Shown: positions 14,420 through 26,820 of the stretch, piece after piece
Position numbering within the stretch: the stretch's first letter is position 1
Layout: each line of letters starts with the position of its first letter
NCBI RefSeq assembly: GCF_009914755.1
Contig: NC_060927.1
Strand: one strand, 5' to 3'
Origin: the human T2T-CHM13v2.0 reference genome, Homo sapiens
Length of the DNA stretch: 64,000 nt
Notes under the pieces: model-generated
Told to the model about the DNA's origin: nothing
Database searches by the model: none
Seen by the model: the letters and a program-made list of their open reading frames with translations, nothing else
Made by a program: the position numbers and the translations under genes

Positions 14420-15480
14420 GAAAATGACAAAACATACCATGAATGAAGTAGGAAATTAAGAGAAAGTAGTTGAATACATTCATAACATATGTGACGCACA
14501 TTATACCTACCTCATATTCAATGAGCTATTATGAATCAAGAAAAAGATAAATCAGTATTAAAATGATTACAGGATATAGACTATGTGTAGAAGAAGAAAT
14601 TACCAATAAACATGAAAAGATGCTCAACAATGCTAGTGTTTAAAGAAATGCAGATTTATGGGAGGCCGAGGCGGGTGGATTACCTGAGGTCAGGAGTTCG
14701 AGACTAGCCTGGCCAACATGGCAAAACCCCATCTCTACTAAAAATATAAAAATTAGCCATGCATGGTGGCAGGTGCCTGCAGTCCCAGCTACTAGGGAGG
14801 GTCAGGCAGGAGAATCGCTTGAATCTGGAAGGCGGAGGTTGCAGTGAGTCAAGATCACATCATTGTACTCCAGCCTGGGCAACAGAGCGAGACTCCGTCT
14901 CAAAAAAAAAAAAATGCAGATTTAAACAATAATATTCAACTGTTGGCTGGATTTAAAAGGCTGACATTACCCAGTGTTGGCTAGAGTAAACAGGCTTTCT
15001 CATAGACTAGGGGGAAAAATGTAGCACCATTTATCAAAATTTCAAATGTTCTTACTCTGAAAGTCTGCAACTTCAGCTCTTGAAGTTTACACACTGCACA
15101 AGGATTCAAAGGCATATGTAAATGAATGCCTGTTATAGCATTATTTGTAGAGCAAAAAACTTAAATGTCCATCAGAACTAATTACTTAAATCATGGTACA
15201 GTCATGGTATTATATTAAAAACTATGCAGTTGTTTAAGAGTAAGACAGATATAAGTTAGGAAAGAAATACACCAAACTGTCAAACTGTCAATTGTAATAT
15301 CTACAGAGGGGAATAGCAAGTTGGGGGGTTGGAGGGGGTGGCGTGGAGGAGTATGACTCAAAAGAGAACTTTTATATTTTATTTCACATACTTCTATAGT
15401 ATTAAATTTTCCCAAGGATGGGCATAGATTAATATTACAATTTTTAAAAACTAGTAAGAATGTTGTATTATGAAAAAAAT
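14420..15480 (+). mobile_element. Old L1M (L1ME-like) 3' region, interrupted by an Alu
   Basis: AATAAACATGAAAAGATGCTCAAC and AAATGTCCATCAG motifs. Confidence 0.7.
14659..14913 (+). mobile_element. AluSx, 5'-truncated
   Basis: Starts at TGGGAGGCCGAGG; TSD AAATGCAGATTTA. Confidence 0.93.
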
Positions 15481-16949
15481 AAAACTCTGGAGCTTAATGT
15501 TCCTGAGCAAATGAACTGCAATGTAAACATGCTCTACTCTTATTTACTTTGTTTCCAGATAGCTTTCTGTTTCAATATGAAGTTACTTACCACCACCTGA
15601 TCTCTCATGAAACATTAATATAGGGGATCCCTAATTCCTTCTTTCAATTTTATTGATAGGCAAATTAGATGTTCCAATTATTTTCTCTGAAGTACTATTT
15701 CTAAAATCAGTCCTCAGAGACAGTAAATTCTTACCCAGGATAAACTAAAAGAAAACCTAAATATCAATCAGCTTCCATTTTTCAAGTCCTAACTTCCTAG
15801 GCTTTCTTCCATCCAGGAATCTGTAAAACTATGTAAGTTCTGCCTCAGAGTCTTTGGACCCATGCCGTTAGCTATGCAAAGCAAGCTTATTAATTTGACT
15901 TTCTTGGCAGATACACTGTTCGAATCATCTGAAATGAGCAAGAGGACACAGCAAAGCCCTTGGCAAAGATTTTAGCATTTATTTGACTTTACACCTAACA
16001 CTACCTCTCATTTTTCCAAGTATTCCTGGAGAGTTTTGACAGTGGGAAGCCCGTTAACTTTAATCACTCATGCTACTGGACCCCTCAAACAGCTGTTCAC
16101 ATTTTTTTGAGCACCATGTTAAATTCCTAGATCTGATCATTTTGTAGCTTGCACTGTATTTGCACAGTATCATTTATCTAATGGACACGAAGAAGCCAGC
16201 ATCACATAGACAGCCAGACTAAGATTATTATCCACCAGAGTTCTCTAGAGTCAGTAGGACAAATCTGACTCAATCTGACATCCAGTCACAATAGGTTAGA
16301 ATCCCTGTTTAGGTTAGCAAAGGAAGAACTTTCTGTTTTGTTTTTTTGCGTGTGTGTGTGGGACCTTGTTGAACACATTCGCATTTTATGAGCCCACTTT
16401 GAACATAGCACTACATTTTCAAGATCATTTATTCATCAAACGCTTAGTACTAGGTTTCATCTACCATTTATAGAATGCTTATTACATGCAGGAAGAGTTT
16501 TAAATGCCTCATCTCATTTACTTGTTCTCCTCACTGCTGCTTTCAGACCACTGATTCCTCCTCACACCTATGAACAAAGCACAAGCCATTGGCTCTGACA
16601 CCTGCTACCTCGCCTCAAAGGAGTCATAACCCACCCTCTCAGGCACTCACCCTCATCCGCTGATGATTTCTGCACCAAGCCCCACTTCTATTCTGCCATC
16701 ATCCCTGGCAACATGAACTTGAAATTGGCTGATACACTACACTTTGGCAGTTTTATTCCTGGACCACTTCACTTGCAATAATCTGTCCTCCACCTACCTC
16801 AGCCTCCCACTTTAATAGTCCCACCTAAGACCTCTAATTATACAATGCCACTAATTGCATAATTCCCAAAATCTCCACTTCCAGATTTCCACTAGTCTAC
16901 AAGACTACTGCCACGTGGGTGGGTGGGTAATTTACATACATTGCTGGAA

Positions 16950-17062
16950 GATATATAGATACAGATACAGATATAGATGTAGATAGATATAGATATAGAT
17001 ATAGATATAGATATAGATATAGATATAGATATAGATATAGATATAGATATATAGATATAGAT
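16950..17062 (+). repeat. (ATATAG)n hexanucleotide microsatellite
   Basis: About ten pure units with degenerate edges. Confidence 0.95.
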
Positions 17063-17175
17063 GATGCAGTCTCACTGTGTTGCCCAGGCTGGTCTCAAAC
17101 TCCTGGCCTCAAGCAATTTTCCAGCCTTGACCTCCCATGGGCTGGGATTACATGCATTGGCTACTACACCTGACT
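17063..17175 (-). mobile_element. FLAM / Alu left monomer
   Basis: GTCTCACTGTGTTGCCCAGGCTGGTCTCAAACTCCTGGCCTCAAG. Confidence 0.85.
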
Positions 17176-17489
17176 TGACCACCTAGTTTTTGTTTCGTTT
17201 TGTTTTCTTCCCTTCCTCTGGTGTCCCAATTATTTCACCTTATTGGGAGGTCCAAATCATTGGCTTTATTTGAACTGTCCAAATGCCTTCCTTATGGCCC
17301 TCTTTACCCAGTGTTGGTTCCACAGTCTCACACATGCACTCAATTCCTTCACCCCGCATTCCCTTACCCATGTTAGTTCCTATTCTCCACATCCTTTATG
17401 CCTGCACAAAACAAGGGAACAAAGCTCATTTTAAATATATACCCTCACTTTTCAAATAGGCCCTCATTTCCCTTGTCAGTTCATTTCAT

Positions 17490-19010
17490 CACATCCAAAA
17501 TGACTTCTACACAACTTTTCTCTTCAAATCTCCAATATCCTTCCCACTCTTCACTGATAACTTTGCTTCTAATTTCACCAATAGAAGAAATAGGTAGAAA
17601 AATTCCTCATTCCAACTACCATCTTCACCTATGCCTGTACACTCCACTTCTTCACTCTCCTACATCATCAATTTATTTTTTCTCTGCTGGATTATTCATA
17701 AGAATCTTCAAATATGCTGTCAAAACTACCTTAAAAAATTATGTTCCCTGATCCTATATCCCTCCCTAGTGACCACTCCATGTCTGCATATATCTTTAAG
17801 GAAAAACTCAAAAAAAATTGTCTGTCTCCATTTCTTCCCCTTCCTCTCTCTTTTGAATCAATTCCAACCAGGCTTTTGTCTCCACCTCTCCACTGAAACC
17901 AGGCTGATCTAGCATGCCCATGACCTCCATGTTGCCAAATCCAATGGTCATTTCTCAGTGCTCATTTTACTCAACTCCGCAGCAGCATTTCACCCAGCTG
18001 AACATACCCTTCTCCTTGAAACTCTTCCCTCCCATGGCTCCTGGGACATCATATTCCCTGGTGTTTCTCATGTCATATTGGGCAATCCTCCTTGGTTTAC
18101 TTTGTTGGATAATCCTCCTTTCCTGAGATAAATCTGGAGGAGCCCAGGACTCAGCCTATGACCTTCTTCTTTCTCTCACTCTTTAGTGATCCTAGCAAGT
18201 ACCATGATTTTAAATACGTGATGATTCCCTAATGTATATCTACAAAGCTACAACCTCTCTCCTGAGGTCAAGAATTGAATATTCAAACTTCCTGTCAATG
18301 TCTCTACCTGTACATCTAATCGATATCTCAGTCTTAACATATCAAAAGAAGAACTCTTGTCCCCCACTCATACACACATAAACCATTTTCTTCCTCTCTC
18401 GGGCCTCTCCATCTCAGAAATGTTGCCACCATCACCATTTATCCTGCAAGAATCTCTTTCACACTCCACATCTGACCAATCAGGAAGTCACATCAAGTCA
18501 ACTCTCAAAACATATTCTAAGTCTGACCACTTCTCATAACTTCCCCAGCTTCTGCTCCAGTCCAGACCACCATCATTTCATGTAATAATATCATGACTGG
18601 TCTCCCTGTCTCCTCTCATCTCATAGTAAGTCCATCCTCCATGGTGCAGTCTAAGAGGTCCCTTAAAGAGAATCCTACCATTGCCCCACTTAATATTTTG
18701 CAATGGCTTCCAATTACCCTTAGGAAAAACTCTAAATCCCATGGTCTGACCACTGGCTGCTTCTCTGACTCATCTTCTACCATTCCATTCTTTGTATCAT
18801 CGACTTTGCTTCCACTGCCCTGGCCTCCTTGCTATTACTTAAATACACCATTCCTGACCCTGTCACAGGGCCTTTGCACTTGCTCTGTTCTCTTCCTGAA
18901 CACTCTGCCTTTAGATGTTATATGGTTCACTCCCTCACTTTATCCAGGCTTCTACTCAAATATCACCTCTTATAAAGGTCTTCTTGGATTCTTCTACCTA
19001 AAATATTCCC
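17490..19010 (+). mobile_element. Long L2 fragment (probably extending upstream to about 16.6 kb)
   Basis: TGACCTCCATGTTGCCAAATCCAATGGTCA and CAGGGCCTTTGCACTTGCT L2 motifs. Confidence 0.8.
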
Positions 19011-19011
19011 C

Positions 19012-19318
19012 AGCTAGGTGTGGTGGCTCATGCCTGTAATCTCAGCACTCTGGGAGGCCAAGTCAGGAGGATCAATTGAGCCTGGGAGTTCAAGACCAGC
19101 CTGAGCAATATGGCAAAGCCCCGTCTCTACCAAAAATTTAAAAATTAGCCGAGCATGGTGGCACATGCCTGTAGTCCCAGTTACTCGGGAGGTTAGAACG
19201 ATCATTCAAGCCCAGGAGGTTGAGGCTGCATGATTGCCATGATTGCCCACTGCACTCTGGCCTGGGTAACAGAGCAAGAAACTTGTGAGAAAAAAAAAAA
19301 GAAGAAGAAGAAGAAGAG
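19012..19318 (+). mobile_element. AluJ with (GAA)n tail
   Basis: Dimer; TSD AAAATATTCCCC. Confidence 0.92.
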
Positions 19319-19649
19319 AAAATATTCCCCTTTAGTCGCTATTTGTGTTTCACATCTTTATTTTATTGGATCAGTCTTGCACTTTCAGAATTCTCGCAGA
19401 TAACAGCAGCTGCCTGAATCCAAATCTCTCCATACATTCACCATGGAAGCCCAAATAAAGCCTTCCATCCATAACTAGGGGGTCAGACAATACTACAAAC
19501 TTCCATGTACATATAAGTGATAAAATAAACAGCATAACCCAGCATAGCCAACCCTAGAATCGGACATCACCTGCATGGAAAAGAGAAGGGGGTAGTGGGG
19601 ACTTAGGAGTGGTAGAAAACAAAAATCTCTTCCAAAAAGAAAGGGTCCC

Positions 19650-20985
19650 ACCCAAAAAGCTAGTAAACCAAAGAAAGCATTCAGAAAAGAATTAAAGATG
19701 AAATTTTAAAAGAAATAAAATTATTAAATACATTTTAAAATGCAAATTCTTTGGAGAAAAATCAATAAAACAGATTACAAAATACTAGCAAAACTACCCA
19801 AGGAAGAAAAGAATGAGAAAGCACAAATAAATAAGAAACTTCAAAAGAGAAAGAACCATTGAAACAGCAGATACGTTTAAAAGATAATCTTCTACTGACT
19901 CAACGAAATAAATTTGAAAATCTAAATAAAAGGGATAATTTCCTAAAAAGATATACTTTCCTCCTACTTCACCCCAAAACAGATAGTAATAGTTCAATTT
20001 TCATAGAAGGAATAGAGAAAATTACCCCCCCCCAAATAAAAACTACCACCACAAAGAAGCACCAGACCAATGTGATTTAATGGGTGAAATTCTACCAAAG
20101 CTTCAAAGGATAGATCATCCTTATGCTGCTTATATTGTTCCAGAGCATAGAAAAAGAAGCATAAACTGCTAAATTATTTTCATGAAGCAGATATAATACT
20201 GATATCTAAACTTTATTTCATAAAAGATTATACTCAAAACTATATACAACCCTCACTTATGAATATTTACACACATATAAAACTAACAGCAAATAAAATA
20301 TTATTTCATTAACCAGTGAAATTTTTTCAGGAATGAGAAAATGTTTCCTTCTTAGACAATTCATTAATGTAATTCACCATTTCACCAGATATAAGAAGAA
20401 AAATCATATGATTATCTTCAGAAATACTAAAAGGGCTTTCAAATTCCATGCCACTCCTAACTTCCAAAAGCATTCAATAAAATAGAAATTAGCGGTTATT
20501 TCCTTGTGAGTATGTGTGTGCCTGTGTGAATTCCTCAGACATAAAGTCAGCATCTTAATAGAAAAACACCAGAGGCATTCAACTAAGGTCAGGAATAAGG
20601 CAAGGATGCCCACTGTCTCCATCTAACATTGTATTAGAAGAGGCATTAGACAATGTAATCAGATAAGAAAAAAACAATCAAAGGCATGAGAATTGAAAGG
20701 GAAATAAAATTATAACTATTTTTAGGTTATGTAACCATATAACCTATAAAACCCAAGATAATCAAAGATAAAAATTTTAAAAATTTAGTAAGGTAGAAAG
20801 TTATAAAATTCACATACTAAAATAAATAGCCTGCATGCAATAACACAGTAACCAGCTAGAAAATATAATGGGAGAGAAGATTCTCATATATGAGTAACAA
20901 CAAGGACAAGTTTAAAAAAAAAAAAAAAAAGTTTCTGCAACTAAATAAGCTGATTCTTAAGTTAAAAAAAAATGTAAGAATAGGT
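19650..20985 (+). mobile_element. Decayed L1M ORF2 region
   Basis: GGGTGAAATTCTACCAAA, TTCCAGAGCATAGAAAAAGAAG and AAGGTCAGGAATAAGGCAAGGATGCCC motifs. Confidence 0.75.
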
Positions 20986-20992
20986 CAGAAAA

Positions 20993-21430
20993 GAGACTTC
21001 TGCTTCCAACCAAGATGAGTAACCCACATGAAACAAACAGAATATATGAACAACAGTTTTCAAGGCTTTGGAGTCAAGCAATGAAGAACAGTGATCTCTG
21101 AGAGACAGGAACCAAATGAAGTAGGCCTATGGTTGCCTCAGCTTACTGCCTGGAGAGATTTTCCAGACTATAAAACAGAAAAGGGGAACCTAGGAAGAGA
21201 TCAGTGGTCTCTGTCAGTTGAGAAGACAAGGCTGGGAGTCTAGGGAGGCCAAGACAACTACAGTTCACAGGACAGGTTACTGGAGAGGAAACAGCTGCCT
21301 AGAGAAGAGCTCCGGAGATAGATGCGGACTCTAGCATTCGGCTGAGTACTAATTAGTGCATATATGTGAGAAAACCACCCACAGCGAGATTGGGACCACC
21401 ATAAGGAGGAAACACTAGTCAGAGGTCACA
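20993..21430 (+). mobile_element. Old L1M 5'UTR-like fragment
   Basis: GACTTCTGCTTCC...CAAGATG start and CAGCTTACTGCCTGGAGAG motif. Confidence 0.55.
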
Positions 21431-21600
21431 GTTTAACTTTATAATAATAATCTATTATTTCCAAAATATTTATTGAATCAGAAAATCTGAAACTACGCTT
21501 ATTGAGAAAGAGCTAAGATATTCCCAAACATTCCGCATTATTTACGCTTTAAACTTTACCAATAAAATACAAAGGGATTCATATAGTAAACAATACCTTG

Positions 21601-22515
21601 CTTTCTTATCTTGCAAGATGGCAGGTGAAAACTTTAAAAGGCTGGATACTAAGAAGAGACTGGAAGCCAAGAAAGCTGATACTAGTGGCAAAGTGAAAAA
21701 GGGTAAGTCAAGGTGAAAAAGGCTAAGTCAAGGCGAAAAAGTCCAAGAAGAGGAAACTCCAGTGCAGCCGAAATCCTGTCCTGATCAGAGGAACTGGCAG
21801 ATATTCCCTGTCTACTGTGTATTCCAGAAAGGCCAGATACAAGAGGAGGTACTCGCCACTAAATTCAAGATTGAAAAGGAAAAGGAAAAGGTTCATGCAA
21901 CTGTTACAAAACCGGTTGGTGGTGACAAGGATGGTGGTACCCAGGTGGTTAAACTCTGCAAAATGCATAGATATTATCCTACCGAAGATGTGCCTCGAAA
22001 GCTGTTGAGCCACAGCAAAAAGCCCTCAGTCAGCACAGAGGAAACTGCGAGGCAACATCACTCTTGGGACCGTTCTGATCATCCTCCCTGGGCACCACAC
22101 AGGCAAGAGGGTGGCTTTCCTGAAGCAGCTGGGCAGTGGCTTGTTACTTGTGACTGGATCTCTAGTTCTCAATCAAGTTCCTCTGTGAGGAGCACACCAG
22201 AAATTTGTCATCACCACCTCCACAAAAATTGATATCAGCAATGTGAGAATCCCAAAACATCTCACTGATACCAACCTCAAGAAGCAGCAGCTGCGGAAGC
22301 CCAGACACGGGAAGGTGAGATCTCCAACACAGAAAAAGAGAAATACGAGATTACAGAACGGTGCAAGTTTGATTAGAAAGATGTGGACTTGCACATTTTA
22401 CTAAAATAATCAAAGCTGATCCATGTTTGCCCTGACGAATAGAGTTTATCCCCACAAATTGGTGCTCTAAATTTCTTACCAAAAACCTAATTAAATAACT
22501 GATTTTAAAAAAAAA
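21601..22515 (+). pseudogene. RPL6P7: RPL6 processed pseudogene, full length, antisense to PLCH1
   Basis: Intronless. Pyrimidine leader plus ATCTTGCAAGATG (ATG 21618); peptides [35 protein letters not shown]; TAA 22468-22470, ATTAAA 22490, A-tail; several frameshifts. The parent gene is secure; the pseudogene number is from memory. Confidence 0.95.
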
Positions 22516-23158
22516 GAATATTCCTTAAAAAATAAAATTTACTTTTAAAAAAGTTTATTTCTCTAGTCAATCTCTATTCACTTTTGATGCAACTACTTCA
22601 GTAACTGAAATAGTTGATGACAAGTTAACTCAATGGTCAAATATTCCTACCGACAAGTATGCCTTTCACATTTGGAAAGAAGTAGTCACACATATAATTG
22701 TACTCTTTGTCCCTGGCTGCCTGCCAAAAGCAATCACAGTTCAATATTACAGCTTCTCCTTCACAAGTAATTAAGAAGTTAATCTTACTTAGAAAACGTA
22801 ATTATCCAGCAGACCATAGCACCAACTTAACTGGTTGACATGAGTGAAATCTCAAAGACAAAGGAGCCATACCACATTCAAAGACAAAATCAAAATTGTC
22901 TTCTTAGCTGCCACATCATCACTGTTTGGAGATGTGTGAAGCCCATCACAACCCATCAGTAACGGGGAACCAAGACATCTCAGCTTCTTTAAAACACCAA
23001 GAAGCAATGGGGCTGAAGGACACTGGGCACAGTTAAATTCCTAGTTCGTCAGGACAAGAGATGATGTCTTAATAACTAAGGAGACTTCCCAAGCTCAAAA
23101 CTTCAGAATATTCCTTCACTGCTCTGACCACAGGCCAGGCGTGAGATGTCTATTCACT

Positions 23159-23160
<2 letters not shown>

Positions 23161-23202
<42 letters not shown>

Positions 23203-23791
23203 CCGAGATAGGGTTTCACTCTGTCACCCAGGCTGGAGCACAGTGGCATGATCACGGCTCACTGCCTGAACCTCCTGCATTCAAGCAATCCTCCCTGTTC
23301 AGCCTCCAGAGCAGCTCAGAGTACAGACTAATGCCATCAGGTCTGGCTCATTTTTGTTTTTGTTTTTGGTTTTTTGTTTTGAGATAGACTCTCTGTTGCC
23401 CAGGCTGGAGTGCAGTAGCATGATCTCGGCTCACTGCAACTCCACCTCCCAGGTTCAAGCGATTCTCCTGCCTCAGCCTCCCGAGTAGCTGGGATGACAG
23501 GCGCCCACCACCATGCCCAGCTAATTTTTGTATTTTTAGTAGAGATGGGGTTTCACCATGTTGGCCAGGCTGGTCTTGAACTCCTGACCTCAGGTGATCC
23601 AGCCACCTCGGCCTCCCAAAGGACTGGGATTACAGGTGTGAGCCACTGCGCTCAGCTAATTTTTGTAATTTTTTTAGAGATGGAGTCTCACTATGTTGGC
23701 CAGGATAGACTCGAACTCCTGGGCTCAAGCAATCCACCACCTTCAGCCTCCAAAAGCATTGGGATTACAAGCATAAGCCACCACGCCCAGC
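23161..23791 (-). mobile_element. AluJ with a nested AluSx (about 23352-23657) in its central linker
   Basis: T42, right arm, complete AluSx, left arm; outer TSD TGTCTATTCACTTCT. Confidence 0.92.
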
Positions 23792-24951
23792 TGTCTATTC
23801 ACTTCTAATAATTTCCTAACATCAGTCGATCATTAGAAAAAGAGAAGTTCTGCTTAATTTGACACTGGCATATCAAGTGCCTGCTATGTTATATGTTAAC
23901 TTGGAAAGAATCATTACCTATATTCATGAGTGGGGGAGCCAGATGTCTTCTAGAATGGATGGATCTCCTGACAAGGCACCCATACCTGAATTATGAACGT
24001 GGCTGCCCACTCTCTGTGGCAGTCCTCCGTGCCTAACAGGCTGAACACAATTGAAAGTCGGACTTTTCCTAATACAGCAGAGCCACGGCCTGCCTGGATA
24101 TAACATCTTTTGGGAAACTATATTCTTTTCAAAAGTCAACAGCCACTTTTACCAACCTATTCTCTCTCCAAGATGGCTCTCAGAGCAAATTCTGAAATTC
24201 TTAAGAATACTGCATACACTGAAGGCATTTGAAATTGAGATGGAAGCAGCAGGCCAACTCCAAGGCTATTTCCAGTCAACCCCTGTAGGTCTTACACAAT
24301 AAAGACTTTTTGGTGGTTAGTATACCTTAGAAACTTGCTGTGTGCACAGTTCCATTCTGGAGAATACAGAGATTGACAAAGGCAGACAGCACCATTTTTG
24401 CCCCTGAAAAACATATACTTCATCCTAATATCCTAATTTTAAAGTGATCTAACTACAGCTGCTCCTGAACTTTAGCTGAATAATTTCAATTACTACAGGA
24501 GTTGGGGGTAGGGGGTTTGCCCTAAAATAACTTTTCTATCCATCTACCCATATCAGTCTCTAGAGTTTTGCCTCATCTTCTGTGCATTGGGATTTTACAT
24601 TATCAAAAGAAAATCAACATGCCCCTTTTTTAAAAAAGAAAAATCCCTTGTTGAAAAAGAAATTGACAATTTTCCTTTTCCTATGTATCTCAGGATGAGT
24701 GACTCCCCTAGAGTGACTTCATAGGTAATTGAATTTCATATGAAATTTACCAAATAACAAAGGTCTGATATACTCTACAGATCATTCCATATAGCTGAAA
24801 TACCTATCTGCCTGCCTGAGGCTTTTAAACAAAATGCCACATGAAGAACTGGCATATTTAGAATAGGGAAGTATTGTCCTCTGCCAAATTTGTCAGCATT
24901 GCCCATAGCAGAGGTGGACAGGAAACATTTCAAATACCATATATGATACCT

Positions 24952-24988
24952 TCCCTGGTGGTCTAGTGGTTAGGATTCGGCACTCTCA
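24952..24988 (+). pseudogene. 5'-half tRNA-Glu(CTC) tailless retropseudogene
   Basis: TCCCTGGTGGTCTAGTGGTTAGGATTCGGCACTCTCA matches the first 37 nt of tRNA-Glu-CTC with one CpG-type change; flanked by ATACCATATA. Confidence 0.88.
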
Positions 24989-26030
24989 TATACCATATAA
25001 GAGGCAAACAATCAACTTTTTCAACAACTTTGTAGTTCACATAGCACAACCTTATTGATTTTTGGCTAAGGCAATGAAAGGGTTCTGTGCTCAGACCAGA
25101 GAGATAGAGAGCAGGGAGAGAGAGAGAGGTTGAACAGAGCACTGAGTCCAGGGTTACTTACACTGGGTCACAGAGCAACCCTAGCTGGAGGGTAACAAGG
25201 CATATTTTGATTAGCCCATCTATAAGCCAGGTTCTGAAGACACACTGAACCCAGGAGGGAGTCTCAAAGGCTACTGGCTCTTTATCAAAGCCAACTCATA
25301 GCTCAGATTCTGAGCCTTGGTTCTAATTGCTAGCATCCCATCCCCCCATACCTGAACCTTTCACTTGCCTTACCAAATCCTTCAGTGCCTTCATTTCCTT
25401 CTGTCACTCATAAAAAGAACAAGCTTTGAAGCAGAAATGTTTGGGGGAAAAACAGCAACCTGTACCAGCTATAAAATAAACACATCTCCAGACCTCTGAA
25501 TAAAGAAGGGGAAAAAAAGTGTCTGGCAGGGTCTCTCCCCCTTTCCTCTCTGATACTAGATTTTTATTTCCCACCTCATTCATATAAAAAAGATAACCCA
25601 CAGAGTTATGCACCAAACTGTGAGCAAAAATGAATACAGTTAGGGTTGTGGTCTGCTCTCTGTTCATTTGGTAATTTCCATAAGCAAGCTCAGAGCACTC
25701 AGGTAGTTAGTTTTCTTTTCTAAAGCTAAGGAGCTAATCTTAAGCAAATAGGCACTTCCTACTTCTTCAAGCATTTGACTCAACTAGAGACAGTACATAA
25801 ACACAGTGTTTGGTAATGTTGTAATGGTATCTGATAACACTCTAGAAACACCTCTTAATGAATCAGCAGAATCTACCTGAGTTAGGGCTGTCACCTTCCA
25901 TATTCTGGTTAGGGGCCCATCACCCACATAGTTCAATGAAAGGCCTTGAAGGTATTGCTTTAACAAGCTCATGATGAGGACACTCACTAGAACTAGAGAA
26001 GCTATTGCCATGATCTGAAAACTGTATATG

Positions 26031-26351
26031 AGCTAGGCACGGTGGCTCTTGCCTATAATCCAACACTTTGGGAGGCCAAGGTGGGAGAATCCTTTGAGGC
26101 CAAGAGTTCAAGATCAGCCTTAGCAACAGACTGAGACCCTGTCTGCACACACACAAAAAAAATATTTAATTAAAAAATTAGCTAGTCATAGTGGTGCACA
26201 CCTGTAGTTCCAGCTACTTGGGTGGCTGAAGTAGGAGAATAGTTTGAGCCCAGGAGTTAGAGGTGGCAGTGAGCTATAATCGCACCACTGCACTCCAGCC
26301 TAGGTGACAGAGTGACACCGTCTCTAAAAAAAAATTAAAAATAAAAATAAA
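26031..26351 (+). mobile_element. AluJ
   Basis: Diverged dimer; degenerate TSD AAAAC.TATATG. Confidence 0.92.
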
Positions 26352-26524
26352 ACCTATATATGTATATATACAAGTTTTTTTTTTTTAATCTTAAGCCTAA
26401 AATAAGAGACTAAAATAAGAGGCCAAAGAGAATGGAGACACATTGCAACCAAATACCCCCAGCCCCAGTGGGATCTCTAAATTTTTCTTAGATTATTATT
26501 GCCTTTCAGGTTTATGTATTTCTT

Positions 26525-26820
26525 TTTTTGTTTTGTTTTTTTAGATGGAGTCTCACTCTGTCGTCCTGACTGGAGTGCAGTGGCGCAATCTCAGCTCACT
26601 GCAACCTCCACCTCCCAGGTTCAAGTGATTCTCATCCCTCAGCCTCCAAGTAGCTGGGATTACAGGCGACAACCACCACGCCCGGCTACTTTTTGTATTT
26701 TTAGTAGAGATGGGGTTTCGCCATGTTGGCCAGGCTGGTCTTGAACTCCTGACCTCAGGTAATCCGCCCACCTTGGCCTCCCAAAATTCTGGGATTACAG
26801 ACTGGAGCCACCACTCCCAG
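26525..26820 (-). mobile_element. AluSx
   Basis: Antisense dimer; 20-bp TSD TTCAGGTTTATGTATTTCTT. Confidence 0.95.

Noticed and set aside
15322-15350. G-rich tracts as G-quadruplexes (also 43174-43190)
   Set aside because: Fewer than four clean G3 runs and located within old repeats.
18593-19039. 148-aa ORF
   Set aside because: Lies in decayed L2 and the start of an Alu; no intact reverse transcriptase motifs.
21762-22232. 156-aa ORF with RPL6-like peptide
   Set aside because: Frameshifted piece of the processed pseudogene; only the middle is in the RPL6 frame.
24952-24988. Functional tRNA-Glu gene
   Set aside because: Lacks the 3' half, B box and terminator.
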